A stretch of 64,000 bases of DNA. It comes from Eledone cirrhosa. Taxonomy: Eukaryota. The translations under genes were made by a program, and so were the position numbers. Positions within the stretch are counted from its first letter, which is position 1, and the number at the start of each line of letters is the position of its first letter. Below, one piece after another: positions 1 to 16,300 of the stretch. The stretch spans positions 129,394,001 to 129,458,000 of the forward strand of contig OZ024743.1 in NCBI GenBank assembly GCA_964016885.1, read 5' to 3'. The notes under the pieces are model-generated. The model was not told the origin of the DNA. It saw only the letters and a program-made list of their open reading frames with translations, and made no database searches.

Positions 1-399
1 ACACCAAGCACCTAGCACCAAACACCAAACACCAGGCACCAAGCACCAAGCACCAAACACCAAGCAGCAAGCAGAATACACCAAACAACAAACACCAAGC
101 ACCAAGCACTAAACACCAAGCACCAAGGAACAAACACCAAACACCAAGCACCAAGCACCAAACACCTAACACCAAGCACCAAGCACCAAGCACCAAACAC
201 CAAACACCAAGAACCAAGCACAAAACACCAAGCACCAAACACCAAGTACAAATACCAAGCACCAAACACCAAGCACCAAGCACCAAGCATCAAACACCTA
301 GCATCAAACACCAAACACCAAACACCAAGCACCAAGCACCAAACACCAAGCACCAAACACCAAGCACCCAGCACCAAACACCAAACACCAAGCACCAAA

Positions 400-3300
400 C
401 ACCAAACACCAAGCACGAAGCACCAAACACCAAACACCAAGCACCAATCACCAAATACCAAGCACCAAACACCAAGCACCAAGCACCAAGCGACAAACAC
501 CAAGCACCAAGCACCATGAACCAAACACCAAGCACCAAACACCCAGCACCAAGCACCAAACACCAAGCACCAAACACCAAACACCAAGCACCAAGCACCA
601 AGCACCAAACACCAAGCCCCAAGCACCAAGCACCAAACACCAAACACCAAACAGTAAGCACCAAGCACCAAACACCAAGCACCCAACAGCAAGCACCAAA
701 CACCAAACAGCAAACACCAAACAGCAAACACCAAACAGCAAACACCAAACAGCAAACAGCAAACACCAAACAGCAAGCACCAAACACCAAGCACCAAACA
801 CCAAGCACCAAGCACCAAGTACAAACACCAAGCACCAAACACCAAGCACCAAGCATCAAGCACCAAGCATCAAACACCAAGCACCAAGCACCAAACACCA
901 AACACCAAACACCAAGCACCAAACACCAAACACCAAACACCAAGCATCAAACACCAAACACAAAACACCAAGCACCAAGCACCAAGCACGCAGCACCAAG
1001 CACCAAGCCCCAAGCACCAAACACCAAACACCAAGCACCAACACCAATCACCAAACAACAAGCACCAAGCACCAAGCACCAAACACCAAGCACCAAGAAC
1101 CAAACACCAAACACCAAGCACCAAGCACCAAACACCAAGCACCAAAGACTAAAGACCAAACAGGAAACACCAAACACCAAACACCAAACACCATACAGAA
1201 AACACCAAACACCAAAAAGCAGACACCAAACAGCAAACAGCAAACACCAAACACCAAACACCAAACACCAAACAGCAAAAACGAAACACCAAGCACCAAA
1301 CACCAAGCACCAAGCACCAAACACCAAGCACCAAGCACCAAACACCAAACCACAAGCACCAAGCACCAAACACCAAGCACCAAGCACCAAACACCAAACA
1401 CGAAGCACCAAAGACCAAGCACCAAGCACCAAGCACCAAACACCAAGCACCAAGCACCAAGCACCAAATACCAAGCACCAAGCACCAAACACCAACCACC
1501 CAGCACCAAGCACCAAGCACCAAGCACCAAACACCGAACACCAAGCACCAAGCACCAAACCCCAAGCACCAAGCACCAAACACCAAGCCCCAAGTACCAA
1601 GCACCAAACACCAAGCACCAAACACCAAGCACCAAGCACCTAGCACCAAACACCAAGCCCCAAGCACGAAGCACCAAACACCAAACACCAAGCACCAAAC
1701 ACCAAGCACCAAACACCAAGCACCCAGCACCAAACACCATGCACCAAGTACCGAGCAACAAACACCAAGCACCAAGCACCAAACACCAAACACCAAGCAC
1801 CAAACACCAAACACCAAGCACCAAGCACCAAACACCAAACACCAAGCACCATACACCAAGCACCAAGCACCAAGCGACAAACACCAAAAACAAAGCACCA
1901 TGCACCAAACACCAAGCACCAAGCACCAAACACCCAGCACCAAGCACCAAGCACCAAACACCAAGCACCAAACACCAAACACCAAGCACCAAGCACCAAG
2001 CACCAAGCACCAAGCACCAAACACCAAGCCCCAAGCACCAAGAACCAAACACCAAACACCAAACACCAAGCACCAAGCACCAAACACCAAGCACCAAACA
2101 GCAAACACCAAACAGCAAACACCAAACACCAAACACGAAACAGCAAACACCAAACACCAAACAGCAAAGAGCAAACACCAAACACCAAGCACCAAACACC
2201 AAGCACCAAACACCAAGCACCAAGCACCAAGTACAAACACCAAGCACCAAGCACCAAACACCAAGCACCAAGCACCAAGCATCAAGCACCAAGCATCAAA
2301 CACCAAACACCAAGCACCAAGCACCAAACACCAAACACCAAACACCAAGCATCAAACACCAAACACAAAACACCAAGCACCAAGCACCAAGCACCAAGCA
2401 CCAAGCACGCAGCACCAAACACCAAGCCCCAAGCACCAAACACCAAACACCAAGCACCAATCACCAAACAACAAGCACCAAGCACCAAGCACCAAACACC
2501 AAGCACCAAGCACCAAGCACCAAACACCAAGCACCAAAGACTAAAGACCAAACAGGAAACACCAAACACCAAACACCAAACACCATACAGCAAACACCAA
2601 ACACCAAAAAGCAGACACCAAACAGCAAACAGCAAACAGCAAACACCAAACACCAAACACCAAACAGCAAAAACAAAACACCAAGCACCAAACACCAAGC
2701 ACCAAGCACCAAACACCAAGCACCAAGCACCAAACACCAAACCACAAGCACCAAGCACCAAACACTAATCACCAAGCACCAAGCACCAAACACCAAGCAC
2801 CAAGCACCAAACACCAAACACCAAGCACCAAAGACCAAGCACCAAGCACCAAGCACCAAACACCAAGCACCAAGCACCAAGCACCAAACACCAAGCACCA
2901 AGCACCAAACACCAACCACCCAGCACCAAGCACCAAGCACCAAGCACCAAACACCAAACACCAAGCACCAAGCACCAAACCCCAAGCACCAAGCACCAAA
3001 CACCAAGCCCCAAGTACCAAGCACCAAACACCAAGCACCAAGCACCAAGCACCTAGCACCAAACACCAAGCCCCAAGCACGAAGCACCAAACACCAAACA
3101 CCGAGCACCAAACACCAAGCACCAAACACCAAGCACCCAGCACCAAACACCATGCACCAAGTACCGAGCAACAAACACCAAGCACCAAGCACCAAACACC
3201 AAACACCAAGCACCAAACACCAAACACCAAGCACCAAGCACCAAACACCAAACACCAAGCACCAAACACCAAACACCAAGCACCAAGTGACAAACACCAA

Positions 3301-6300
3301 AAACAAAGCACCATGCACCAAACACCAAGCACCAAGCACCAAACACCCAGCACCAAGCACCAAGCACCAAACACCAAGCACCAAACACCAAACACCAAGC
3401 ACCAAGCACCAAGCACCAAACACCAAGCCCCAAGCACCAAGCACCAAACACCAAACACCAAACACCAAGCACCAAGCACCAAACACCAAGCACCAAACAG
3501 CAAACACCAAACAGCAAACACCAAACACCAAACACGAAACAGCAAACACCAAACACCAAACAGTAAAGAGCAAACACCAAACACCAAGCACCAAACACCA
3601 AGCACCAAGCACCAAGTACAAACACCAAGCACCAAGCACCAAACACCAAGCACCAAGCATCAAGCACCAAGCATCAAACACCAAACACCAAGCACCAAGC
3701 ACCAAACACCAAACACCAAACACCAAGCATCAAACACCAAACACAAAACACCAAGCACCAAGCACCAAGCACCAAGCACGCAGCACCAAACACCAAGCCC
3801 CAAGCACCAAACACCAAACACCAAGCACCAATCACCAAACAACAAGCACCAAGCACCAAGCACCAAACACCAAGCACCATGCACCAAGCACCAAACACCA
3901 AGCACCAAAGACTAACGACCAAACAGGAAACACCAAACACCAAACAGCAAACAATAAACACGAAACAGCAAACACCATACAGCAAACACCAAACACCAAA
4001 AAGCAGACACCAAACACCAAACAGCAAAAACCAAACACCAAGCACCAAACACCAAGCACCAAGCACCAAACACCAAGCACCAAACACCAAACCACAAGCA
4101 CCAAGCACCAAACACTAATCACCAAGCACCAAGCACCAAACACCAAGCACCAAGCACCAAACACCAAACACCAAGCACCAAAGACCAAGCACCAAACACC
4201 AAGCACCAAGCACCAAGCGCCAAACACCAAGCACCAAGCACCAAACGCCAACAACCCAGCACCAAGCACCAAGCACCAAACACCAAGCACCAAACACCAA
4301 ACACCAAGCACCAAGCACCAAACAACAAGCACCAAACACCAAGCCCCAAGTACCAAGCACCAAACACCAAGCACCAAACACCAAGCACCAAGCACCAAGC
4401 ACCTAGCACCAAACACCAAACACCAAGTACCAAGCACCAAACACCAAGCACCAATCACCAGGCACCAAACACCAAGCAGCAAGCAGCAAGCACCAAACAC
4501 CAAACACCAAGCACCAAGCACCAAGCACCAAGCACCAATCACCAAACACCAAGCACCAAACACCAAACACCAAGCATCAAGCACCAAACACCATGCACCA
4601 GGCACCAAGCACCAAACACCAACCACCAAGCACCAAGCACCAAGTACAAACACCAAGCACCAAGCACCAAACGCCAAGCACCAAGCATCAAACTCCAAGC
4701 ATCAAACACCAAACACCAAACACCAAACACCAAGCACCAAACACCAAACACCAAACACCAAGCATCAAACACGAAACACAAAACACCAAGCACCAAGCAC
4801 CAAGCACCAAGCACCAAGCACGCAGCACCAAACACCAAGCCCCAAGCACCAAGCACCAAACACAGAGCACCAAGCACCAAGCATCAAGCACCAAGCATCA
4901 AACACCAAACACCAAGCACCAAGCACCAAACACCAAACACCAAACACCAAGCATCAAACACCAAACACAAAACACCAAGCACCAAGCACCAAGCACCAAG
5001 CACCAAGCACGCAGCACCAAACACCAAGCCCCAAGCACCAAACACCAAACACCAAGCACCAATCACCAAACAACAAGCACCAAGCACCAAGCACCAAACA
5101 CCAAGCACCAAGCACCAAGCACCAAACACCAAGCACCAAAGACTAAAGACGAAACAGGAAACACCAAACACCAAACACCAAACACCATACAGCAAACAAC
5201 AAACACCAAAAAGCAGACACCAAACAGCACACAGCAAACAGCAAACACCAAACACCAAACACCAAACAGCAAAAACGAAACACCAAGCACCAAACACCAA
5301 GCACCAAGCACCAAACACCAAGCACCAAGCACCAAACACCAAACCACAAGCACCAAGCACCAAACACTAATCACCAAGCACCAAGCACCAAACACCAAGC
5401 ACCAAGCACCAAACACCAAACACCAAGCACCAAAGACCAAGCACCAAGCACCAAGCACCAAACACCAAGCACCAAGCACCAAGCACCAAACACCAAGCAC
5501 CAAGCACCAAACACCAACCACCCAGCACCAAGCACCAAGCACCAAGCACCAAACACCAAACACCAAGCACCAAGCACCAAACCCCAAGCACCAAGCATCA
5601 AACACCAAGCCCCAAGTACCAAGCACCAAACACCAAGCACCAAACACCAAGCACCAAGCACCTAGCACCAAACACCAAGCCCCAAGCACGAAGCACCAAA
5701 CACCAAACACCAAGCACCAAACACCAAGCACCAAACACCAAGCACCCAGCACCAAACACCATGCACCAAGTACCGAGCAACAAACACCAAGCACCAAGCA
5801 CCAAACACCAAACACCAAGCACCAAACACCAAACACCAAGCACCAAGCACCAAACACCAAACACTAAGCACCAAACACCAAGCACCAAGCACCAAGTGAC
5901 AAACACCAAAAACAAAGCACCATGCACCAAACACCAAGCACCAAGCACCAAACACCCAGCACCAAGCACCAAGCACCAAACACCAAGCCCCAAGCACCAA
6001 GCACCAAACACCAAACACCAAACACCAAGCACCAAGCACCAAACACCAAGCACCAAACAGCAAACACCAAACAGCAAACACCAAACACCAAACACGAAAC
6101 AGCAAACACCAAACACCAAACAGCAAAGAGCAAACACCAAACGCCAAGCACCAAACACCAAGCACCAAACACCAAGCACCAAGCACCAAGTACAAACACC
6201 AAGCACCAAGCACCAAGCACCAAGCATCAAGCACCAAGCATCAAACACCAAACACTAAGCACCAAACACCAAACACCAAACACCAAACACCAAGCATCAA

Positions 6301-7300
6301 ACACCAAACACAAAACACCAAGCACCAAGCACCAAGCACCAAGCACCAAGCACGCAGCACCAAACACCAAGCCCCAAGCACCAAACACCAAACACCAAGC
6401 ACCAATCACCAAACAACAAGCACCAAGCACCAAGCACCAAACACCAAGCACCAAGCACCAAGCACCAAACACCAAGCACCAAAGACTAATGACCAAACAG
6501 GAAACACCAAACACCAAACAGCAAACAATAAACACGAAACAGCAAACACCATACAACAAACACCAAACACCAAAAAGCAGACACCAAACACCAAGCACCA
6601 AGCACCAAACAACAAGCACCAAACACCAAGCACCAAGCACCAAACACCAAGCCCCAAGTACCAAGCACCAAACACCAAGCACCAAACACCAAGCACCAAG
6701 CACCAAGCACCTAGCACCAAACACCAAACACCAAGCACCAAGCACCAAACACCAAGCACCAATCACCAGGCACCAAACACCAAGCAGCAAGCAGCAAGCA
6801 CCAAACACCAGACACCAAGCACCAAGCACCAAGCACCAAGCACCAATCACCAAACACCAAGCACCAAACACCAAACACCAAGCATCAAGCACCAAACACC
6901 ATGCACCAGGAACCAAGCACCAAACACCAACCACCAAGCACCAAGCACCAAACACCAAGCACCAAACACCAAACACCAAGCACCAAGCATGCAGTACCAA
7001 ACACCAAGCCCCAAGCACCAAACACCAAACACCAAGCACCAAGCACCAATCACCAAACAACAAGCACCAAGCACCAAGCACCAAACACCAAGCACCAAGC
7101 ACCAAACACCAAACACCAAACACCAAGCACCAAACACCAAGCACCAAACACCAAGCACCAAGCACCAAACACCAAGCACCAAGCACCAAGCACAAAACAC
7201 CAAGCACCAAGCACCAAACACCTAACACCAAGCACCAAGCACCAAGCACCAAGCACCAAACACCAAGCACCAAACACCAAACACCAAGCACCAAGCACCA
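400..7300 (+). repeat. HOR domain A: higher-order repeat of about 1.23-1.39 kb, roughly 5 copies
   Basis: The landmark GACTAA(A/C/T)GAC(C/G)AAACAGGAAA starts at 1147, 2539, 3910, 5141 and 6484 (spacings 1392, 1371, 1231, 1343; all equal 7n+6). One 6-bp monomer TACAAA lies in each interval (2232, 3617, 4645, 6191). Confidence 0.85.
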
Positions 7301-10300
7301 AACACCAAGCACCAAGCACCAAACACCAAGAACCAAGCACCAAACACCAAGCACCAAGCACCAAACACCAAGCACCAAGCACCAAGTACAAACACCAAGC
7401 ACCAAGCACCAAACACCAAGCACCAAGCACCAAGCATCAAACACCAAGCATCAAACACCAAACACCAAGCACCAAGCACCAAACACCAAACACCAAGCAC
7501 CAAGCACCAAACACCAAGCACAAAACACCAAACACCAAGCACCAAGCACCAAACACCAAACACCAAGCACCAAGCACCAAACACCAAACACCAAGCACCA
7601 AACACCAGACACCAAGCACCAAACACCAAACATCAAGCACCAAGCACCAAACACCAAACAACAAGCACCAGGCACCAAGCACCAAACACCAAACACCAAG
7701 CACTAAGCACCAAACACCAAGCACCAAACACCAAACACCAAGCACCAAACACCAAGCACAAAACACCAAACAGCAAAGAGGAAACACCAAACAGCAAACA
7801 GCAAACACGAAAAAGCAGACACCAAACAGCAAAGAGCAAACACCAAACATCAAACAGCAAACAACAAACACAAAACACCAAGCACCAAGCACCAAGCACC
7901 AAACAACAAGCACCAGGCACCAAGCACCAAACACCAAGCACCAAGCACTAAGCACCAAACACCAAGCACCAAACACCAAACACCAAGCACCAAGCACCAA
8001 GCACCAAACACCAAACATGAAACAGCAAACACCATACAGCAAACACCAAACGCGAAAAAGCAGACACCAAACAGCAAAGAGCAAACACCAAACACCAAAC
8101 AGCAAACAACAAACACAAAACACCAAGCACCAAGCACCAAGCACCAAACACCAAACACCAAGCACCAAACACCAAGCACCAAGCACCATGCACCAAACAC
8201 CAAGCACCAAGCACCAAACACCCAGCACCAAGCACCAAGCACCAAACACCAAGCACCAAACACCAAACATCAAGCCCCAAGCACCAAACACAAAACACCA
8301 AGCACCAAGCACCAAACACCAAGCACCAAACAGCAAGCACCAAACACCAAACACCAAACAGCAAACACCAAACAGCAAACGGCAAACACCAAACAGCAAA
8401 CAGCAAACACCAAACACGAAGCACCAAGCACCAAACACCAAGCACTAAGCACCAAACACCAAGCACCTAGCACCAAGCACCAAACACCAAGCACCAAACA
8501 CCAAACACCAAGCACCAAGCACCAGGCACAAAACACCAAGCACGCAGCAGGAAACACCAAGCACCAAGCACCAAACACCAAGCACCAAGCACCAAACACC
8601 AAACACCAAACACCAAACAACAAGCACCAAGCACCAAGCACCAAACACCAAGCACCAAGCACCAAACACCAAATACCAAGCACCAAGCACCAAACACCAA
8701 GCACCAAAGACTAAAGACCAAACAGGAAACACCAAACACCAAACAGCAAACAATAAACACGAAACAGCAAACACCATACAGCAAACACCAAACACCAAAA
8801 AGCAGACACCAAACAGCAAACAGCAAACACCAAACACCAAACACCAAACACCAAACACCAAACACCAAGCACCAAACACCAAACACCAAGCACCAAACAC
8901 CAAGCACCAAGCACCAAACACCAAACCCCAAGCAGCAAGCACCAAACACTAATCACCAAGCACCAAGCACCAAACACCAGACACCAAGCACCAAACACCA
9001 AACATCAAGCCCCAAGCACCAAACACCAAACACTAAGCACCAAGCACCAAGCACCAAACACCAAACAGCAAACAGGAAACAGCAAACAGCAAACAGCAAA
9101 CTCCAAACATGAAACAGCAAACACCATACAGCAAACACCAAACACGAAAAAGCAGACACCAAACAGCAAACAGCAAACACCAAACACCAAACAGCAAACA
9201 GCAAACACCACAGACGAAGCACCAAGCACCAAACACCAAACACCAAGCACCAAACACGAAGCACCAAGCACCAAGCGACAAACACCAAGCACCAAGCACC
9301 ATGCAGCAAACACCAAGCACCAAGCACCAAACTCCCAGCACCAAGCACCAAGCACCAAACACCAAGCACCAAACACCAAACACCAAACACCAAGCACCAA
9401 GAACCAAGCACCAAACACCAAGCACCAAGCACCAAGCACCAAACACCAAACACCAAGCACCAAACACCAAGCACCAAGCACCTAGCACCAAAAACCAAAC
9501 ACCTAGCACCAAGCACCAAACACCAGCATCAATCACCAAGCACCAAACACCAAGCACCAAGCACCAAACATCAAACACCAAACACCAAACACCAAGCACC
9601 AAGCACCAAGCACCAAACACCAAGCACGCAGCACGAAACACCAAGCACCATGCACCAAACACCAAGCACCAAGCACCAAACACCAAACACCAAACACCAA
9701 ACAACAAGCACCAAGCACCAAGCACCAAACACCAAGCACCAAGCACCAAACACCAAATACCAAGCACCAAGCACCAAACACCAAGCACGAAAGACTAAAG
9801 ACCAAATAGGAAACACCAAACACCAAACAGCAAACACCATAGAGCAAACACCAAACACCAAAAAGCAGACACCAAACAGCAAACAGCAAACACCAAATAC
9901 CAAACACCAAACACCAAACAGCAAACACCAAACACCAAGCACCAAACACCAAGCACCAAGCACCAAACACCAAGCACCAAGAACCAAACAACAAACCCCA
10001 AGCACCAAGCACCAAGCACCGAACGCCAACCACCCAGCACCAAGCACCAAGCACCAAACACCAAGCACCAAACACCAAACACCAAGCACCAAGCACCAAA
10101 CACCAAGCAACAAGCACCAAACACCAAACACCAAGCACCAAAGACCAAGCACCAAGCACCAAGCACCAAACACCAAGCACCAAGCACCAAGCACCAAACA
10201 CCAAGCACCAAGCACCGAACGCCAACCACCCAGCACCAAGCACCAAGCACCAAATACCAAGCACCAAACACCAAACACCAAGCACCAAGCACCAAACACC

Positions 10301-13300
10301 AAGCACGAAGCACCAAGCACCAAACACCAAGCCCTAAACACCAAGCACCAAGCACCTAGCACCAAACACCAAGCACCAAGCACCAACCACCAAACACCAA
10401 GCACCAAGCACCAAGCACCAAACACCAAGCATCAATCACCAAGCACAAAACACCAAGCAGCAAGAAGCAAGCAGCAACCACCAAACACCAAGCACCAAGC
10501 ACCAAGCACCAAGCACCAAACACCTAACACCTAACACCAAGCAACAAACACCATGCACCAGGCACCAAGCATGAAGCACCAAACACCTAACAACAAACAC
10601 CAAGCACCAAGCACCAAAAACCAAGCACCAAACACCAAGCACCAAGCACCAAACACCAAGCACCAAGCAACAAACACCAAGCACCAAACACCAAGCACCA
10701 AGCACCAAGTACAAACACCAAGCACCAAGCACCAAACACCAAGCACCAAGCACCAAACACCAAACACCAAGCATCAAACACCAAACACCAAGCACCAAGC
10801 ACCAAACACAAAACACCAAGCACCAAGCACCAAGCACCAAGCACCAAGCATGCAGCACCAAACACCAAGCCCCAAGCACCAAACACCAAACACCAAGCAC
10901 CAAGCACCAATCACCAAACAACAAGCACCAAGCACCAAGCACCAAACATCAAGCACGAAGCACCAAACACCAAACACCAAACACCAAGCACCAAACACCA
11001 AGCACCAAACACCAAGCACCAAGCACCAAACACCAAGCACCAAGCACGAAGCACAAAACACCAAGCACCAAGCACCAAACACCTAACACCAACCACCAAG
11101 CACCAAGCACCAAGCACCAAACACCAAGCACCAAACACCAAACACCAAGCACCAAGCACCAAACACCAAGCACCAAGCACCAAACACCAAGAACCAAGCA
11201 CCAAACACCAAGCAGCAAGCACCAAACACCAAGCACCAAGCACCAAGTACAAACACCAAGCACCAAGCACCAAACACCAAGCACCAAGCACCAAGCATCA
11301 AACACCAAGCATCAAACACCAAACAACAAGCACCAAACACCAAGCACCAAGCACCAAACACCAAGCCCCAAGTACCAAGCACCAAACACCAAGCACCAAA
11401 CACCAAGCACCAAGCACCAAGCACCTAGCACCAAACACCAAACACCAAGCACCAAGCACCAAACACCAAGCACCAATCACCAGGCACCAAACACCAAGCA
11501 GCAAGCAGCAAGCACCAACCACCAAACACCAAGCACCAAGCACCAAGCACCAAGCACCAATCACCAAACACCAAGCACCAAACACCAAACACCAAGCATC
11601 AAGCACCAAACACCATGCACCAGGCACCAAGCACCAAACACCAACCACCAAGCACCAAGCACCAAACACCAAGCACCAAACACCAAACACCAAGCACCAA
11701 GCACCAAACACCAAGCACCAAACACCAAGAACCAAGCACCAAACACCAAGCACCAAGCACCAAGTACAAACACCAAGCACCAAGCACCAAACACCAAGCA
11801 CCAAGCATCAAACTCCAAGCATCAAACACCAAACACCAAACACCAAACACCAAGTACCAAACACCAAACACCAAGCACCAAGCACCAAACACCAAACACC
11901 AAGCACCAAGCACCAAACACCAAACACCAAGCACCAAACACCAGACACCAAGCACCAAACACCAAACATCAAGCACCAAGCACCAAACACAAAACAACAA
12001 GCACCAGGCACCAAGCACCAAACACCAAACACCAAGCACTAAGCACCAAACACCAAGCACCAAACACCAAACACCAAGCACTAAGCAACAAGCACCAAAC
12101 ACCAAACAGCAAACAGGAAACACCAAACAGCAAACAGCAAACTCCAAACATGAAACAGCAAACACCATACAGCAAACACCAAGCACCAAAAAGCAGACAG
12201 CAAACAGCAAACAGCAAACAGCAAACAGCAAACACCAAACAGCAAACAGCAAACACCAAACACCAAGCACCAAGCACCAAGCACCAGACACCAAAGACCA
12301 AGCACCAAACACCAAACACCAAGCACCAAGAACCAAGCACCAACCACCGAACACCAAGCCCCAAGCACCAAGCACCAAACACAAAACACCAAGCACCAAG
12401 CACCAAACACCAAGCACCAAACAGCAAGCACCAAACAGCAAACACCAAACAGCAAACAGCAAACACCAAACACGAAGCACTAAGCACCAAACACCAAGCA
12501 CCAAGCACCAAGCACCAAACACCAAGCACCAAGCACCAAACAGCAAGCACCAAGCACCAAGGACCAAACACCAAGCACGCAGCACGAAACACCAAGCACC
12601 AAGCACCAAACACCAAGCACCAAGCACCAAACACCAAACACCAAACACCAAACAACAAGCACCAAGCACCAAGCACCAAACACCAAGCACCAAGCACCAA
12701 ACACCAAATACCAACACCAAGCACCAAACACCAAGCACCAAAGACTAAAGACCAAACAGGAAACACCAAACACCAAACACCAAACACCAAACAGCAAACA
12801 ATAAACACGAAACAGCAAACACCATACAGCAAACACCAAACACCAAAAAGCAGACACCAAACAGCAAACAGCAAACACCAAACACCAAACACCAAACACC
12901 AAACAGCAAACACCAAACACCAAGCACCAAAAACCAAGCACCAAGGACCAAACCCCAAGCACCAAACACCAAACCCCAAGCATCAAGCACCAAACACTAA
13001 TCACCAAGCACCAAGCACCAAACACCAAGCACCAAACACCAAACACCAAGCACCAAAGACCAAGCACCAGGTACCAAGCACCAAACACCAAGCACCAAGC
13101 ACCAAGCACCAAACACCAAGCACCAAGCACCAAACGCCAAGCACCCAGCACCAAGCACCAAGCACCAAACACCAAGCACCAAACACCAAACACCAAGCAC
13201 CAAGCACCAAACACCAAGCACGAAGCACGAAGCACCAAACACCAAGCCCCAAGTACCAAGCACCAAACACCAAGCACCAAACTCCAAGCATCAAGCACCA

Positions 13301-16300
13301 AGCACCAAACACCAAGCACCAAGCACCAAACACCAAGCACCAATCACCAAGCACCAAACACCAAACACCAAGCACCAAACACCAAGCACCAAGCACCAAA
13401 CACCTAACACCTAACACCAAGCACCAAGCACCAAGCACCAAACACCAAGCACCAAACACCAAACACCAAGCACCAAGCAACAAACACCATGCACCAGGCA
13501 CCAAGCACCAAACACCAAGCACCATGGCACCAAACACCAAGCACCAAGCATGAAGCACCAAACACCTAATACCAAACACCAAGCACCAAACACCAAGCAC
13601 CAAACACCAAACACCGAGCACCAAGCACCAAACACCAAGCACCAAGCACCAAACACCAAGCACCAAACACCAAGCACCAAGCACCAAGTACAAACATCAA
13701 GCACCAAGCACCAAACACCAAGCACCAAGCACCAAGCATCAAGCACCAAGCATCAAACACCAAACACCAAGCACCAAGCACCAAACACCAAACACCAAGC
13801 ATCAAACACCAAACACAAAACACCAAGCACCAAGCACCAAGCACCAAGCACCAAGCACGCAGCACCAAACAGCAAACACCAAGCACCAATCACCAAACAA
13901 CAAGCACCAAGCACCAAGCACCAAACACCAAGTAGCAAGCACCAAACACCAAACACCAAGCACCAAGCACCAAAGACCAAGCACCAAACACCAAACACCA
14001 AACACCAAGCACCAAACACTAATCACAATGCACCAAGCACCAAGCACCAAACACCAAGCACCTAGCACCAAGCACTAAACACCAAACATCAAAGACCAAA
14101 CACCAAGCACCAAGCACCAAACACCAAGCACCAAGCACCAAGCACCAAACACCAAGCACCAAGCACCAAACACCAACCATCCAGCACCAAGCACCAAGCA
14201 CCAAACACCAAGCACCAAACACCAAACACCAAGCACCAAGCACCTAGCACCAAAAACCAAACACCAAGCACCAAGCACCAAACACCAAGCATCAATCACC
14301 AAGCACCAAACACCAAACACCAAGCACCAAGCACCAAACACCAAGCACCAAGCACCAAACACCTAACACCAAGCACCAAGCACCAAGCACCAAACACCAA
14401 ACACCAAGCACCAAGCACCAAGCATCAAACACCAAGCACCAAACACCAAACACCAAGCACCAAGCACCAAACACCAAACACCAAGCACCAAGCACCAAGC
14501 ACCAAACACCAAGCACCAAGCACCAAACACCAAGCACCAAACACCAAGAACCAAGCACCAAACACCAAGCACCAAGCACCAAGTACAAAAACCAAGCAAC
14601 AAGCACCAAACACCAAGCACCAAGCACCAAGCATGAAACACCAAGCACCAAACACCAAACACCAAGCACCAAGCACCAAACACCAAACACCAAGCACCAA
14701 GCACCAAGCACCAAACACCAAGCACCAAGCACCAAACACCAAACACCAAGCACCAAACACCAAACACCAAGCACCAAGCACCAAGCACCAAACACCAAAT
14801 ACCAAGCACCAAACACCAGACACCAAGCACCAAACACCAAACATCAAGCACCAAGCACCAAACACCAAACAACAATCACCAGGCACCAAGCACCAAACAC
14901 CAAACACCAAACACCAAACACCAAACAGCAAACACCATAGAGCAAACACCAAACACCAAAAAGCAGACACCAAACAGCAAACAGCAAACACCAAATACCA
15001 AACACCAAACACCAAACAGCAAACACCAAACACCAAGCACCAAACACCAAGCACCAAGCACCAAACACCAAGCACCAAGAACCAAACACCAAACCCCAAG
15101 CACCAAGCACCAAACACTAATCACCAAGCACCAAGCACCAAACACCAAGCAACAAGCACCAAACACCAAACACCAAGCACCAAAGACCAAGCACCAAGCA
15201 CCAAGCACCAAACACCAAGCACCAAGCACCAAGCACCAAACACCAAGCACCAAGCACCGAACGCCTACCACCCAGCACCAAGCACCAAGCACCAAACACC
15301 AAGCACCAAACACCAAACACCAAGCACCAAGCACCAAACACCAAGCACGAAGCACCAAGCACCAAACACCAAGCCCTAAACACCAAGCACCAAGCACCTA
15401 GCACCAAACACCAAGCACCAAGCACCAATCACCAAACACCAAGCACCAAGCACCAAGCACCAAACACCAAGCACCAATCACCAATCACCAAACACCAAGC
15501 AGCAAGAAGCAAGCAGCAAGCACCAAACACCAAGCACCAAGCACCAAGCACCAAGCACCAAGCACCAAACACCTAACACCTAACACCAAGCATCAAGCAC
15601 CAAGCACCAAACACCAAGCACCAAACACCAAACACCAAGCACCAAGCAACAAACACCATGCACCAGGCACCAAGCACCAAACACCAATAACAAAGCACAA
15701 AACACCAAGCACCAAGCATGAAGCACCAAACACCTAACAACAAGCACCAAGCACCAAGCACCAAACACCAAGCACCAAACACCAAGCACCAAGCACCAAA
15801 CACCAAGCACCAAGCACCAAACACCAAGCACCAAGCAACAAACACCAAGCACCAAACACCAAGCACCAAGCACCAAGTACAAACACCAAGCACCAAGCAC
15901 CAAACACCAAGCACCAAGCACCAAACACCAAACACCAAGCATCAAACACCAAACACCAAGCACCAAGCACCAAACACCAAACACCAAGCATCAAACACCA
16001 TACACAAAACACCAAGCACCAAGCACCAAGCACCAAGCATGCAGCACCAAACACCAAGCCCCAAGCACCAAACACCAAACACCAAGCACCAAGCACCAAT
16101 CACCAAACAACAAGCACCAAGCACCAAGCACCAAACACCAAGCACCAAGCACCAAACACCAAACACCAAACACCAAGCACCAAACACCAAGCACCAAACA
16201 CCAAGCACCAAGCACCAAACACCAAACACCAAGCACGAAGAACCAAGCACCAAACACCAAGCACCAAGCACCAAACACCAAGCACCAGGCACCAAGTACA

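Noticed and set aside
1739-5146. 1135-aa + strand ORF of TKHQAPS/TKHQTPN heptads, and similar ORFs such as 5922..7706 and 15718..17331
   Set aside because: The + strand has almost no T, so stops are rare by composition. A 7-mer gives the same peptide in all three frames, there is no non-repeat N- or C-terminal domain, and paralogous copies are interrupted by TAA/TAG variants and frame-shifting 6-bp monomers.
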